Shown here in pieces: positions 51,505-64,000 of a stretch of 64,000 bases of DNA. How positions within the stretch are numbered: the stretch's first letter is position 1; each line of letters opens with the position of its first letter. The position numbers and the translations under genes are program-made. Origin of the DNA: Octopus vulgaris (lineage: Eukaryota); contig OX597836.1 of NCBI GenBank assembly GCA_951406725.2, forward strand, positions 34,782,001 to 34,846,000. The letters are read 5' to 3'. The notes below the pieces were generated by a model, which saw only the letters and a program-made list of their open reading frames with translations, made no database searches and was not told where the DNA came from.

Positions 51505-53907
51505 ATATAAATAAAAACTTACTTGAAGAAGAGATTGTTTGTCATCATCCGTTTCCTTGTTTGATTTTATGTTTCGTTTCTCATTGTGTTCTACGTTTAT
51601 TTGTGGTGCCCTGTACTCATATATATATATATATATGCTTGTATATATACATATAGATGTAAAGGATGTACATATATGTGTGTATATATGCATATATTTT
51701 ATTTATTTATTATATTGTTATATATGTATATATATATATATATATAAGTGGTTACCACACATTTTGTGTGTATCAAATTGATTCACAAGGCATTGGTCAG
51801 CCCAAGGCTATAGTAGAAGTCACTTTCTCAGTATGCTGTACAGTGGGGTGAACCCTAAACCTCTGCTCTAAATAATCTGTTGAAAACTATAAGAATATCA
51901 ATGGTGAACGTAGCCATACACTTCCCAAAAATTAATTCAAAAGACTCTTTTCTTTTGAAATTATGGCCACTGCTTCTTGAAAGGGCTGTCTTCCCACAAT
52001 ATTTGCAACGATAAGAGACTTTCTTTGTCACCTGAAATGTAATAAAAAAAAAAACTCGTTATTTTTTACATGACACAAATAGAAGAGAGTGAGACAAGAT
52101 ATAAAAATATAGTTATCCGTATTGATTTGTCTGTATTGATTTATTGAACCATATTGATTTGTGAAGTTGTTATAACATCCAACTGGGTGTGGCAACATCA
52201 GACTGAGTATAAATTGTTTAATGTTCAAACACTCAGTCAGTATACTACAGCCAAACTTTACACTACACTCAGCCACTTAACATCATTCACACACCAAACT
52301 ATATTCAACTGCAACACTACTCTCAACCATCACACTACACTCAAACACTATACTTCACTCAGCAACCATTCTCCACTCAGCCAACACACTACACTCAGCT
52401 TCCACACAATATTCAGCCATCATACTACACTCAACCACCATGCTACACTCACTCACTCATTACGCTATACTCAACAACCAAACTACACTCAGAATTCACA
52501 CCACACTCTCATACTAAACTACCCTCATTCACCACACTACACTCAGCTATCACTTTACACTCAACTACCAAATTACACTCAGATACTACAACCACACTTT
52601 TACACCAAACTACCCTCGCTCCCCACTCTCCACTTAACCACCATGCTACACTCACTCATTACACTATACTCAACAACCAAACTACACTCAGAATTCACAC
52701 CACACTCTCACACTAAACTACACTCATTCACTAAACTACACTCAGCTATCATTTTACACTCAACTACCAAATTACACTCAGATACTACAACCACACTTGT
52801 ACACCAAACTACACTCACTCACCACTCTCCACTTAACCATCACACTACACTAAACCTTGTGCCACCTCAGGTATTCAGGCAGTATTGAGCATACCCGTAG
52901 ACTACCTTGTCCACTCACAGAAGGCCCACTGTCAAGACCAGAAACCCTTGGTTGCATGCACAGACATCCCTCAAGCAAGAAATAACTTCAGACACTCACA
53001 TGTGATGTACCTCAGTTAGCCATCTACAAAACTGTGCAGTTCTCTTCTCTCAGTTGTACCATCAGCATCTTTCTATCGTAAACATCCATGTCCAGCAATA
53101 AAAATGTTAAAGATTAAAGGTTCGTGATTTTGGTTCACTTATTATACATGCAGAGGTGCAAAGGCCCAGTGGTTAGGGCAGTGGACTCGCAGTCGGAGGA
53201 TCGCGGTTTCAATTCCGAGACTGGGCATTGTTTGTGTTTATTGAGCGAAAACACCTAAAGCTCCATGAGGCTTCGGCAGGGGGGCGACCCCTATTGTACT
53301 CTTTCGCCCCCAACTTTCTCTCGCTCTTTCTTCCTGTTTCTTGAGTAACGCTGCGATGGACTGGTGTCCTGTCCAGCTGGGGGGAACACATATGCCATAG
53401 AAACCGGGAAACCGGGCTTATGAGCCTGGCTAGGCTTATTATACATGCGGAGGTGCAATGGCCCAGTGGTTAGGGCAGCAGACTCGCAGTCGGAGGATCG
53501 TGGTTTCGATTCCCAGACCAGGCGTTGTGTGTGTTTATTGAGCGAAAACACTAAACAGCTCCACGAGGCTCCGGCAGGCGGGGGGGTGGCAACCACCTGT
53601 TGTACTCTTTCACCCCAACTTTCTCTCACTCTTTCTTCCTGTTTCTTGAGTAGCTCTGCGATGGACTGGTGTCCCGTCCAGCTGGAGGGAACACATACTC
53701 CATACAAACCGGGAAACCGGGTCCATGAGCCTGGCTAGGCTTGAAAAGGGCACATAAAAAAGAAATTATACATGCAGCCAGCTAGACCAGTGACCTGCAA
53801 CTTTTTTTCACTTGTGGGAAACTTCTTTTCTTTTCAAAATTCGGTGGCACACCTGAACTAAAAATATAACTATAAGTATTGGGGGAAAGTATTTATTTAT
53901 GTATAAA

Positions 53908-54323
53908 GTGGCGGGCTGCCAGAAACAGTAGCACGCCGGGCGAAATGCGTAGCTGTATTTCGTCTGCCGTTACGTTCTGAGTTCAAATTCCGCAAAAGTC
54001 GACTTTCCTTTTCATCCTTTCGGGGTCGATAAATTAAATACCAGTTATGCACTGGGGTCTATGTAATCGATTTAATCCGTTTGTCTGTCCTTGTTTGTCC
54101 CTTCTGTGTTTAGCCCCTTTTGGGTATTAAAGAAATTGGTATTTCGTCTGCCGTTACGTTTGTGAGTTCAAATTCCGCCGAGGTGGACTTAGCCTTTCAT
54201 CTTTTCGGGGTCGATAAATTAAATACCAGTTGCGCACTGGGTTCAATGTAAACGACTTAATACCTATGTCTGACCTTGTTTGTTCCCTCAATCTTTAGCG
54301 CCTTGTGGGTAATAAAGAATTAG
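53908..54323 (+). mobile_element. SINE family C dimer
   Basis: Two units, flanked by a direct repeat of about 75 bp (53822-53897 and 54328-54398). Confidence 0.88.
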
Positions 54324-54942
54324 GTATACTTCTTTTCTTTTCAAAATTCGGTGGCACACCTGAACTAAAAATATAACTAGAAGTATAGGGGGAAAGAAAT
54401 TATATTCAAGTTACACTGCGGCACACCTACCATCGTCTCGTGACACACCAGTGCATCATAACATGCCAGTTGCAGAGCAGTGAGCTAGACCACATGATGA
54501 TAGCTATCAACAATACAATACCCATCAACAAGCAACCACAACGCAAGTCAACAAGGCAACAAGTTTACATTGAAACCACATGGTTCCGGGTTCAGTCCCA
54601 CTGCGTGGCACATTGGGCCAGTGTCTTCTACTACAGCTTCAAGCCAACCAAAGCCTCATGAGTGAATTTGGTAGACGGAAACTAAAAGAAGCCCATCGTG
54701 TATATGTATATATATATATATATATATGTGTATGTTTGTGTGTGTGTGTTTGTCTCACACTCCAACATCGCTGACAACCGATGGTGATGTGTTTATGTCC
54801 CCGTAACTTAGCAGTTCGGCAAAGAGACTGATAGAATAAGTACTAGGCTTACAAAGGATAAGTCCTGGGGTCGATTTGGTAGACTGGAAACGGTGAAAGA
54901 ATGCCCAGTCAAATGACTGAAACAAGTAAAAGAGTACAGAGA

Positions 54943-54986
<44 letters not shown>

Positions 54987-57343
54987 ATTATATATCACCG
55001 TGACCGTGACCGACCAGGCTATCAGATGTTGCTACACATCGCTGGTCACAATGCGCTTCGCATTGTTTTAGCCTTCAAATGACGCCACCCCGCTGGCTAA
55101 GCGAGCAGGCCAACAGAAGAAAGAGTGAAAGTTGTGGCGAAGGAGTACAGCAGGGATCGCCACCACCCCCTGCCAGAGCCTCGTGGAGCTTCAGGTGTTT
55201 TCGCTCAATAAACACTCACAACGCCCGGTCTGGGAATCGAAACCGCGATCCTACGACTGCGAGTCCGCTGCCCTAACCACTGGGCCATTGCGCCTCCGTA
55301 TTATATATATGTATTCTTTTATTCTTCTACTTGTTTTAGTCAATTGACTGCGGCCATACTGGAGCACCGCCTTTTGTCGAGGAAATCAACCCCAGGACTT
55401 ATTCGTTGGAAGCCTAGTACTTATTCTATCGGTCTCTTATCCTGAACCACTAAGTTACGGGTACGTAATCACACCAACATCGGTTGTCAAGCGATGGTGG
55501 CGATTGTGGAAGACAAACAGACACAAATATACTCACACACTCACACGTTCGTGTGCACTCGCACCCACCCACATACACACACACGACAGGCTTCATTTAG
55601 TTTCCGTCTACCAAATCCACTCACAAGGTGTTAGGCAGTGGGGTTGAACTCGGAACCATGTGGTTGGGAAGAAAGCTTCTTACCACACAGCCATATACAC
55701 CTACACACACATGTATGAGTGTGTGTGTGAGTGTGCATGCGTGTCCCTAGTACCTGACAACCAGTATTGGTTGGTTTACGTCCCTGTAAACAAGCGGTTC
55801 GGCAAAAAGAAAATGATAGAATATTTACGAATATTTGAAAAAAAAAATACTGGGGTTGATTGGTTCGACCGAAAATCCTTCATAGCGGTGCCCCAGCATG
55901 GCCGCAGTCCAGTGACTGAAACAAGTAAAAGATCTTGTGCGTGTGTGTATGCGTGTGTCTTGCTAAGAAACGGCATCAGTTAGGGGAGACAACTTGGGAT
56001 GAACTGAAGAAAAATGAAGTCGAGAAGGCAGAAATAGAGGATTCACCTCAAAAGTATGAAGGAAGCGGGAGAGAGAGAGAGACAGACAGACAGAGAAATA
56101 GAGAGAGAAACAGAGAGAGAGAAACAGGGGGAGAGAAACAGAGAGAGAGAGAGAAACAGAGAGAGAGAGAAAAATAGAGAGAGAGAGAGAAACAGAGAGA
56201 AAGAAATAGAGAGAGAGAAACAGAGAGAGAGAGAAAAATAGAGAGAGAGAGAAACAGAGAGAGAAAGAAATAGAGAGAGAAACAGAGAGAGAGAGAAAAA
56301 TAGAGAAAGGGAAACAGAGAGAGAGAGAGAAAGAGAGAAACGGAGAGAGAGAGAGAAACAGAGAGAGAGACAGAGAAACACAGAGAGATAGAGAGTGAGA
56401 GACAGAGAGAGAGAGAAAAAAAACAGAGAGAGAGAAATAGAGAGAGAGAAACAGAGAGAGAGAAATAGACAGAGAGAAAAACAGAGAGAGAGAGAAACAG
56501 AGAGAGAGAGAAAAACAGAGAAAGAAAGAGAAAAACAGAGAGAGAGAGAAACAGAGAGAGAGAGAGAGAGAAAAACAGAGAGAGAGAGAGAAATAGAGGA
56601 AGAGAGAGAGAAACAGAGGAAGAGAGAGAAATAGAGAGACACAAAGAGAAAGAAACAGAAATAGAGAGAAAGAGTAACAGAGAAAGGGTTTGTACACGAA
56701 GGGAGATAATTCAAGTCTACCAGCAGAGGTCGCTGCCGATTCGTACAACATCAACATGGCATATCAATGGGGATTCGTGAAGGAGAAGAAAATCACTTAA
56801 TTGGAAGAAAACGGAACCGAGACGAGCTGACACGCTTCGTTTAACACACATTACACTCACACACATTTATATATGTATATTGTGTGTCCGTGCCGTGTGT
56901 TTCTGGATCAGTGCATCGCACAATTCGCGTTACCGTTAGCAATTAACTTCATTAATTAAGGGAGTACCTTGGGGGTCTGTTATTTATTTTTTTACCTGCT
57001 CCCTTTGTATATATATAATTATATATATATATATATACATATAGAGAGAGAGCTACCTGGAATATACATACATACTACGCACAGAAGGAATCTACAAGAA
57101 AAAACGAGCAAAACATGACCAAATTGAATTAATACATAAATATATATATATAAATATAGGTATTTATGTAATTAAATATATATATATATATATACATATA
57201 TAGAGAGAGCTACCTGGAATATATATACCTATATAAATACAAATACATACTACGCACAGAAGGAATCTACAAGAAAAAACGAGCAAAACATGACCAAATT
57301 GAATTAATACATAAATATATAAATGGAAATATATTTATGTAAT

Positions 57344-57378
<35 letters not shown>

Positions 57379-58358
57379 TGCGAGTTATATACACCTCGTC
57401 TCTTGTAATATAGAGCTACAAGAATATATATAGCGTGCATACATACGCACAAAAGGAAGAAAGAAGTGTAAAACAAGCTAAATATGATCAAATCGAAGTT
57501 ATAATACATAAATATATAAATATATTTATGTAATTTATATATACATTGTCAGTTAATATATATACACATCTCTTGCGTCAAAAAGGATGGCAGGTAAGTT
57601 AGTTTGTTTTATTTTGTAGTGTTTTTTTTATTGTTTTTTTTCTTCTTATTTTCGCTGTTGTTGTTGTTGTTGTAGTTGCTGCTGCTGCTTTCGATGGTTG
57701 TAAAAAAATTTCATTGATAATATATGTAATAATGTATTTATTGTCCTTGGACCTCTCCTTGCGAACATATCCGCCTCTTTTCCGTTCTTCACTTGCCAAG
57801 AGACCCCCCCCCCCTTGCTCAGCTCCCACGCACACACAGACAAACACACAGACAAAAGTACACACATAATCACACTCGCACACACACACACATATATATT
57901 GTGTGTTTCACATATATTCACATGTTTAAACATCGGTTTTTTTTTTTTTTGACGAGCCAACAAGGGTGGGGGGGGAGCCTCTGAGATGTCACACGATCTG
58001 CTAGAAATAGTAGCCACATTTTCCTCTAACTACACACTACATACAGCCTTTAAAAAAATATAATTTAAGGGGGCGTATTGGTTAATGTACATTCAGATAC
58101 ACTTATATTTATATTACTGGTAACATGCACTTCAGTGGGGTCACGGTTGGAATAGCTTTCAGTCGAGATTGATTGACCTGATTCTAAACAATACCGACAC
58201 AGTTTTGCCTCTTCAACACATTGTGACATTTTTATGCAAAGCGGTTAAACTCAGGGGTGGAGTTTCGGATAATGTTCCATGCATCTCTCAACTTTTTATG
58301 TTATGCCTTTCCTTTAATAATAATAAGTAATAAACTGTCTTGGATACCAAAGATTCAG

Positions 58359-58423
<65 letters not shown>

Positions 58424-58658
58424 TTCGTTTTTGGATTTGGTTTGCAAGATTCTTTGTATGAGTTCGTGTGTTGAAGCATATTCTGTTGTGTCTGGGGAGA
58501 GTCATTCTCTTTTAGTACCTTATTATTTAACACACTCACCGGTAACATTTCCACTTATTTCGTCTTTTTATTTTCCTAGGAAATAAGTGGGAAATTGTAC
58601 CGGTGGGTGTGTTAAATAATAAGGTACTAAAAGAGAATGACTCTCCCTGACACAACAG

Positions 58659-58715
<57 letters not shown>

Positions 58716-60083
58716 GTATGTAACCTAAATATCTTTTCTACCCTCCCAGGACATATATATATATGTATGTAACCTAAATATCTTTTCTACCCTCCCAGGA
58801 CATTATATATATATATATATACATACATACCGGAGTAAACACATAAATGTGAAACAAGGTGGGAAAAAAAGAGTACTCAAATACCAGTGGTAGAGTAATA
58901 TGCTTTATTTAAAGCAGCAGAAAATTCAACAAAAAAACCCCCACTTTTTTTGTTGAATTTTCTGCTGCTTTAAATAAAGTATATATATATATATATATAT
59001 AGTGTTTGAAGTGGTGTACATTAAGAAAAAAGGAGGCAGTCCAAATTTTGGATAATTCTTTATTAGCACTGTCGCTCTGACCGAACTCTTGAAGAGTTCG
59101 GTTAAACGATCGAAAGAGGTAATAAAGAATTGTCCAAAATTCTGACTGCCTCATTTTTTCTTATATGCATACATACACCCCCTTATGTATGTAATTTGCT
59201 TTGCTTCGTTTTCTGTATGTATAAAATGTGTGTATATACAAATATGTAGGTATTTATACATATGTATCTACATGTGTATAATATATAATGTAACGAGCGG
59301 ATGTCTAGCCACTTTTGAGATTTCTATGTGTGTGTGTATGTATGTATATGTGTGTGTGTATGTATGTATATGTGTGTGTGTATGTATGTATATGTGTGTG
59401 TGTGTATGTATGTATATATATGTGTGTGTGTATGTATATATATGTGTGTGTATGTATGTGTATATATGTGTGTGTGTATGTATGTATGTATATATGTGTG
59501 TGTGTGTATGTATGTATATATGTGTGTGTATGTATGTATATATGTGTGTGTGTGTATGTATGTATATATGTGTGTGTGTGTATGTATATATATATGTGTG
59601 TGTATGTATGTGTATATGTGTGTGTGTGTGTGTGTGTATGTATATGTATGTATATATATAAATAAACAGTCGACACAATTTCTTTTATATTTACTTTAAA
59701 TATATAATGGTATTTTTGCCTATTTGTAATTAAGCACATTCGACACCACAAACAAGATATCAATCGAAAATCAAGGTTGAAATATGAAAATCCCCTCCAA
59801 AAAAAAACGTCTATTTAATTGAGGATGCATGGCCAAATATCTCCGCCAGTGTTGGATAATAACAGGTCAAAGTGTTATGGAACCTACATTCCTGTTCTGC
59901 TTCTCCAAGACCAAATATATTTCAGTCTTTGAAATTACTTACATTGTCACGTTTCGCTTAAGAAAGAAAGAAAAAAATTGCTAGTTTTCTCGTATTCTAC
60001 TGTTTTATTAGAGTGATAATTAATGTGTCTTTTTATTAGGGTGTCGTAATTAATGTGGAATGTAAATTTCCAGTTTGTATCAT

Positions 60084-60838
60084 CGTTGTTTAGATTTTCG
60101 AGGAAGACTATATTGTTGCTCAACCTGCTAGAAATAGTAGCTAAACACCCCTCTCTCTCTCTCTCTCTTACATACGTTGTAAGATTTGCGAGGGAGACTA
60201 TTGTGTTGCTCAACTTGCTAGAAATAGTAGCTAAACACCTTTTTGTCTTTCTTACAGACGTTGTTAGATTTGCGAGGGAGACTATATTGTTGCTCAACCT
60301 GCTAGAAATAGTAGCTAAACACCTTTCTCGCTCTCTCTTACATACGTTGATTAGATTTCCGAGGGAGACTATTGTGTTGCTCAACCTGCTAGAAATAGTA
60401 GCTAAACACCCCTCTCTCTCTCTTACATACGTTGTTAGATTTGCGAGGCAGACTATATTGTTGCTCAACCTGCTAGAAATAGTAGCTAAACACCTCTCTC
60501 TCTCTCTTACATACGTTGTTAGATTTGCGAGGGAGACTATATCGTTGCTCAACCTGCTAGAAATAGTAGCTAAACACCTCTCTCTTACATACGTTGTAAG
60601 ATTTCCGAGGGAGCCTATATTGTTGCTCAACCTGCTAGAAATAGTAGCTAAACACCTCTCTCTTACATACGTTGTTAGATTTCCGAGGGAGACTATATTG
60701 TTGTTCAACCTGCTAGAAATAGTAGCTAAACACCTCTCTCTTACATACGTTGTTAGATTTCCGAGGGAGACTATATCGTTGCTCAACCTACTAGAAATAG
60801 TAGCTAAACACCCCTCTCTCTCTCTCTCTCTCTCTCTG
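60084..60838. repeat. Nine-unit 78-90 bp minisatellite with an internal (CT)n tract
   Basis: CTAGAAATAGTAGCTAAACACC recurs nine times. Confidence 0.95.
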
Positions 60839-62984
60839 TGTCTTTAATCGCACACTACGGTCTTATTAAAAGAGGGTAATGCCCTAGATGTACTGTGTCT
60901 GAATGAGGAAACGAAGTGGACACGGCTGGAACGCCATTGATGTTAAAGGTTAGCTCGAAGAGAACATATATCTAGAGTTTGGCGCAACAATGGCAAGAAT
61001 GTAGACGAAAATATAAAGCGAAGCAGACACACACTGGAGAAATATTCAAGATCGAAAGCAACACGATATTGAAAGTCGTGTTGCATTCTTACACATTGAA
61101 TCACAATAAGTGAGAGAGAGAGAGAAAGAGGAGGCGGAGGTTTGGTCAGGTTGTTGTAGTAGTGGTGGTGGTGGGAGGAGGAGGAGAAGAGTGAAAGTGA
61201 AAAGTCGGTTTATGTTATTATTACTAGGGAGCGATGGAGGAGTGTCTGTGAGATTTGAGTTGCGGGAGGAGGAGGAGAGTTAATACATCGTAGTTAGGGA
61301 GAAGCAAGGAATGTGGTTGGCGCTTTATAGAGAGGGGTTGTTTTTTCTTTTGTTTTTTTTGAGGAGCGTTGACACGTTGAAACGAAGAGCAGAGGCGGAA
61401 GAGGGGGTTTACGGATTATGCAGTGTTGGGAGCCGTGGGCGGGGGAGGGGGGTTGACGGATAACTGGGTAAAGGAGGAGGAGGTGAGGGTCTTTGACACG
61501 GAGACTGGAAGAGGAGAAGGAGGAGGTGGAGGAGGAGAGCCGGCGTTATATGAGGAAGAGGCCGGCGATGTGGTTTGTCCAGTATCGCGGGAGGAGGAGG
61601 AGGAAGGAGGGGAGGTGGAGGAGTACTAGCACAGTGGCAGAGATATTGGGGGTGGGTGGGGGGGAAACTGAGGTTTTGACTCGGTGGTGGGAGGAGCATT
61701 GTCACGTCGCGAGGAGGAGGAGGAGGAGGAGGAGAATTGACCCAGTAGAAGGAGAAGAGTTGACATTGACAAGGAGGATGGTAGGCACATCTTAGTGGAC
61801 ATAAGAGACGGTGAGGGGAGGGGGGGGGAAATACAGAAGGATTGTTGATGGTCAGGTCAGTTCAGTTGGATTTGTTACAACAAACTAGTGTATTGATAGA
61901 ATTGTGCAGAGGCAATTGGACCTGTTTCGTCACCTCTCACACTCTGACACTCAAATCCTGTCCAAGCCAACTTGACCTTCCATTCTGGAGTCTCTCTCTC
62001 TCTCTCTCTCTTTCTCTCTTTTTACTCTTTTTACTTGTTTCGGTCATTTGACTGCGGCCATGCAGGAGCACCGCCTTTAGTCGAGGAGCAAATCGACCCC
62101 CCGGGACTTATTCTTTTGTAAGCCCAGTACTTATTCTATCGGTCTCTTTTTTTTGCCGAACCGCTAAGTGACGGCGACGTAAACACACCAGCATCCATCG
62201 GTTGTCAAGCAATGCTAGGGGGACAAACACAGACACACAAACATACACACACACATATATATATATATATATACATATATATGACGGGCTTCTTTCAGTT
62301 TCCGTCTACCAAATCCACTCGCAAGGCTTTGGTTGGCCCGCGGCTACAGTAGAAGACATTTGCCCAAGATGCCACGCAGTGGGAATGAACCCGGAACCAT
62401 GTGGTTGGTAAGCAAGCTACTTACCACACAGCCACTCCTATGCCTATAAATGTAAAGTAAAATATTTTCAGGTGCCCTTAAAATACTGTTTAATTTTCCT
62501 ATGAAACGGTGATTCTCGACATATGACCCTTTAGGGGCCCCACATAAGATTTTGTCAAAATTTATGTGCAACTACATTGGCTATAACTTCTGCATTACAC
62601 AAGATATTTTAATAGGTTTTTTTTTGTTGTGTATAATTTCTTATAATTTCATAAAAATGTAACAGGATTTTTTAAACATGGAATGGTTATGATGGTCCAT
62701 CTGAGTGAAACAGGAATCAAGGAGGTCCTTAGAAAAAAAAAGTGGGTGAGAAGCACTGCTATAAAACATCCAAAATGTAAGGCACCTTTGCTAATGACAT
62801 GTACAAAGGCACCCGGTATACTCTGTGGAGTGGTTGGCATTAGGAAGGGCATCTAGCAGTGGAAACCAAGCCAAAAGAGACTGGATTCTGGTGCAGATCT
62901 CTGGCTTTCCCGTCAAATCGTCAACCCATGCCAGCGTGGAAAATGGACACATGATGGTGAATTATAATAAGTACATCAAAATTC

Positions 62985-63328
62985 ATATGGAAATTGTAGT
63001 TGTGATACCTGTACCGGTGGCACGTAAAAAGCACCATCCGAACGTGGCCAATGCCAGCGCCGCCTCGACTGGCTCCCGTGTCAGTGGCATGTAAAAAGTA
63101 CTAACTGATCGTGGCCATTGCCAGCCCCCCCCTGGCACCTGTGCCGATGGCACGTAAAAAGCACCCACTACACTCACGGAGTGGTTGACGTTAGGAAGGG
63201 CATCCAGCTGTAGAAACACTGCCAGATCAGACTGAAGCCTGGTGCAGCCTCCTGGCTTCCCAGACCCTGGTCGAACCGTCCAACCCATGCTAGCATAGAA
63301 AACAGACGTTAAACGATGATGATGATGA
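62985..63328 (+). mobile_element. RTE 3' UTR fragment with (GAT)n tail
   Basis: GGCACGTAAAAAGCACC repeats, GGAAGGGCATCCAGC, CCCATGCTAGCAT...AAACGATGATG. Confidence 0.82.
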
Positions 63329-63734
63329 AAAAATAAAAAATAAAATAATAAACAGATATCTTCTCCATGGGACTCTATCAAAAGCAACATCCTTAGACTT
63401 CCTTACACTTTCAGGCTGGACCTCCAAGCATGACCACCTGAAATTGGGGCTATTATCTAACCACCTCACTCTTGGTCCACCGTTAGGTCTCCTGCTGGTT
63501 GGTTCAGCTTGAGGAAATTATTTTGCTATTTTTTCTTACAATATTCTAATCACATCTACAGTACCAGAACTGGGACCTCTCACTGTGGAGAAATAGTATA
63601 TAGCATGACCTGGAGAGATTCCCTGATCTCCAATCTATGTACCGAGTCGAGTACCATTATTCCAGAGATTCTTCAGAGGAATCAGTACTGAGACTCATTA
63701 CCCTGGGAGGGAGGGAATAATATGTAAACTAAGG

Positions 63735-64000
63735 CGGCGGTGAGCTGGCAGAAATGTTAGCATGTCAGGCGAAATGCTTAGCGGTATTTCGTCTGCTGTT
63801 ACGTTCTGAGTTCAAATTCCGCCGAGGTCGACTTTGCCTTTCATCCTTTCAGGGTCGATAGATTAAGTACCAGTTACACACTGGAGTCGATGTAGTTGAC
63901 TTAATCCCTTTATCTGTCCTTGTTTGTTCCCTCTGTGTTTAGCCCCTTGTGGGGTAGTAAAGAAATAGGTATTTCATCTACCGTTATGTTCTGAGTTCAA
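63735..64000 (+). mobile_element. SINE family C multimer, cut by the window edge
   Basis: One full unit plus the start of a second after GAAATAGGTATTTC. Confidence 0.88.

Noticed and set aside
52154-52888. 244 aa His/Thr-rich ORF
   Set aside because: Degenerate ACT/CAC minisatellite with an internal duplication of about 200 bp; G-poor composition explains the lack of stops.
57040-57540. Local duplication of about 190-200 bp
   Set aside because: Ordinary AT-rich tandem duplication with no coding or structural signal.

Overview
AT-rich, microsatellite- and retroposon-saturated eukaryotic DNA. The repeat content (tRNA/CORE-type SINEs, RTE LINEs with (GAT)n tails, (TA)n/(TAGA)n tracts) points to an octopus genome; this is inference. 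Almost all ORFs in the supplied track are repeat translations. One real gene can be assembled by hand on the + strand: a 13-exon RGS22-like gene (CDS 2823..43297, all intron phases compatible, about 1083 aa). It has an in-frame acidic minisatellite, an apparent GC-AG last intron whose donor is the end of a SINE, and seems to lack the C-terminal part of vertebrate RGS22. The rest is three or more SINE families (one head with four alternative tails, one forming fixed-junction multimers), RTE/CR1 LINE remnants, a Gypsy-like gag relic, MITEs (two amplified into tandem arrays), Helitron-like ends, and many fold-back elements beside (TA)n tracts. Some of these repeats carry minimal Penelope-type hammerhead ribozyme motifs, including a four-copy family with a non-canonical CUGUNGA core. 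No prokaryotic-type systems such as CRISPR are present. Homology calls are from recalled sequences, not from searches.
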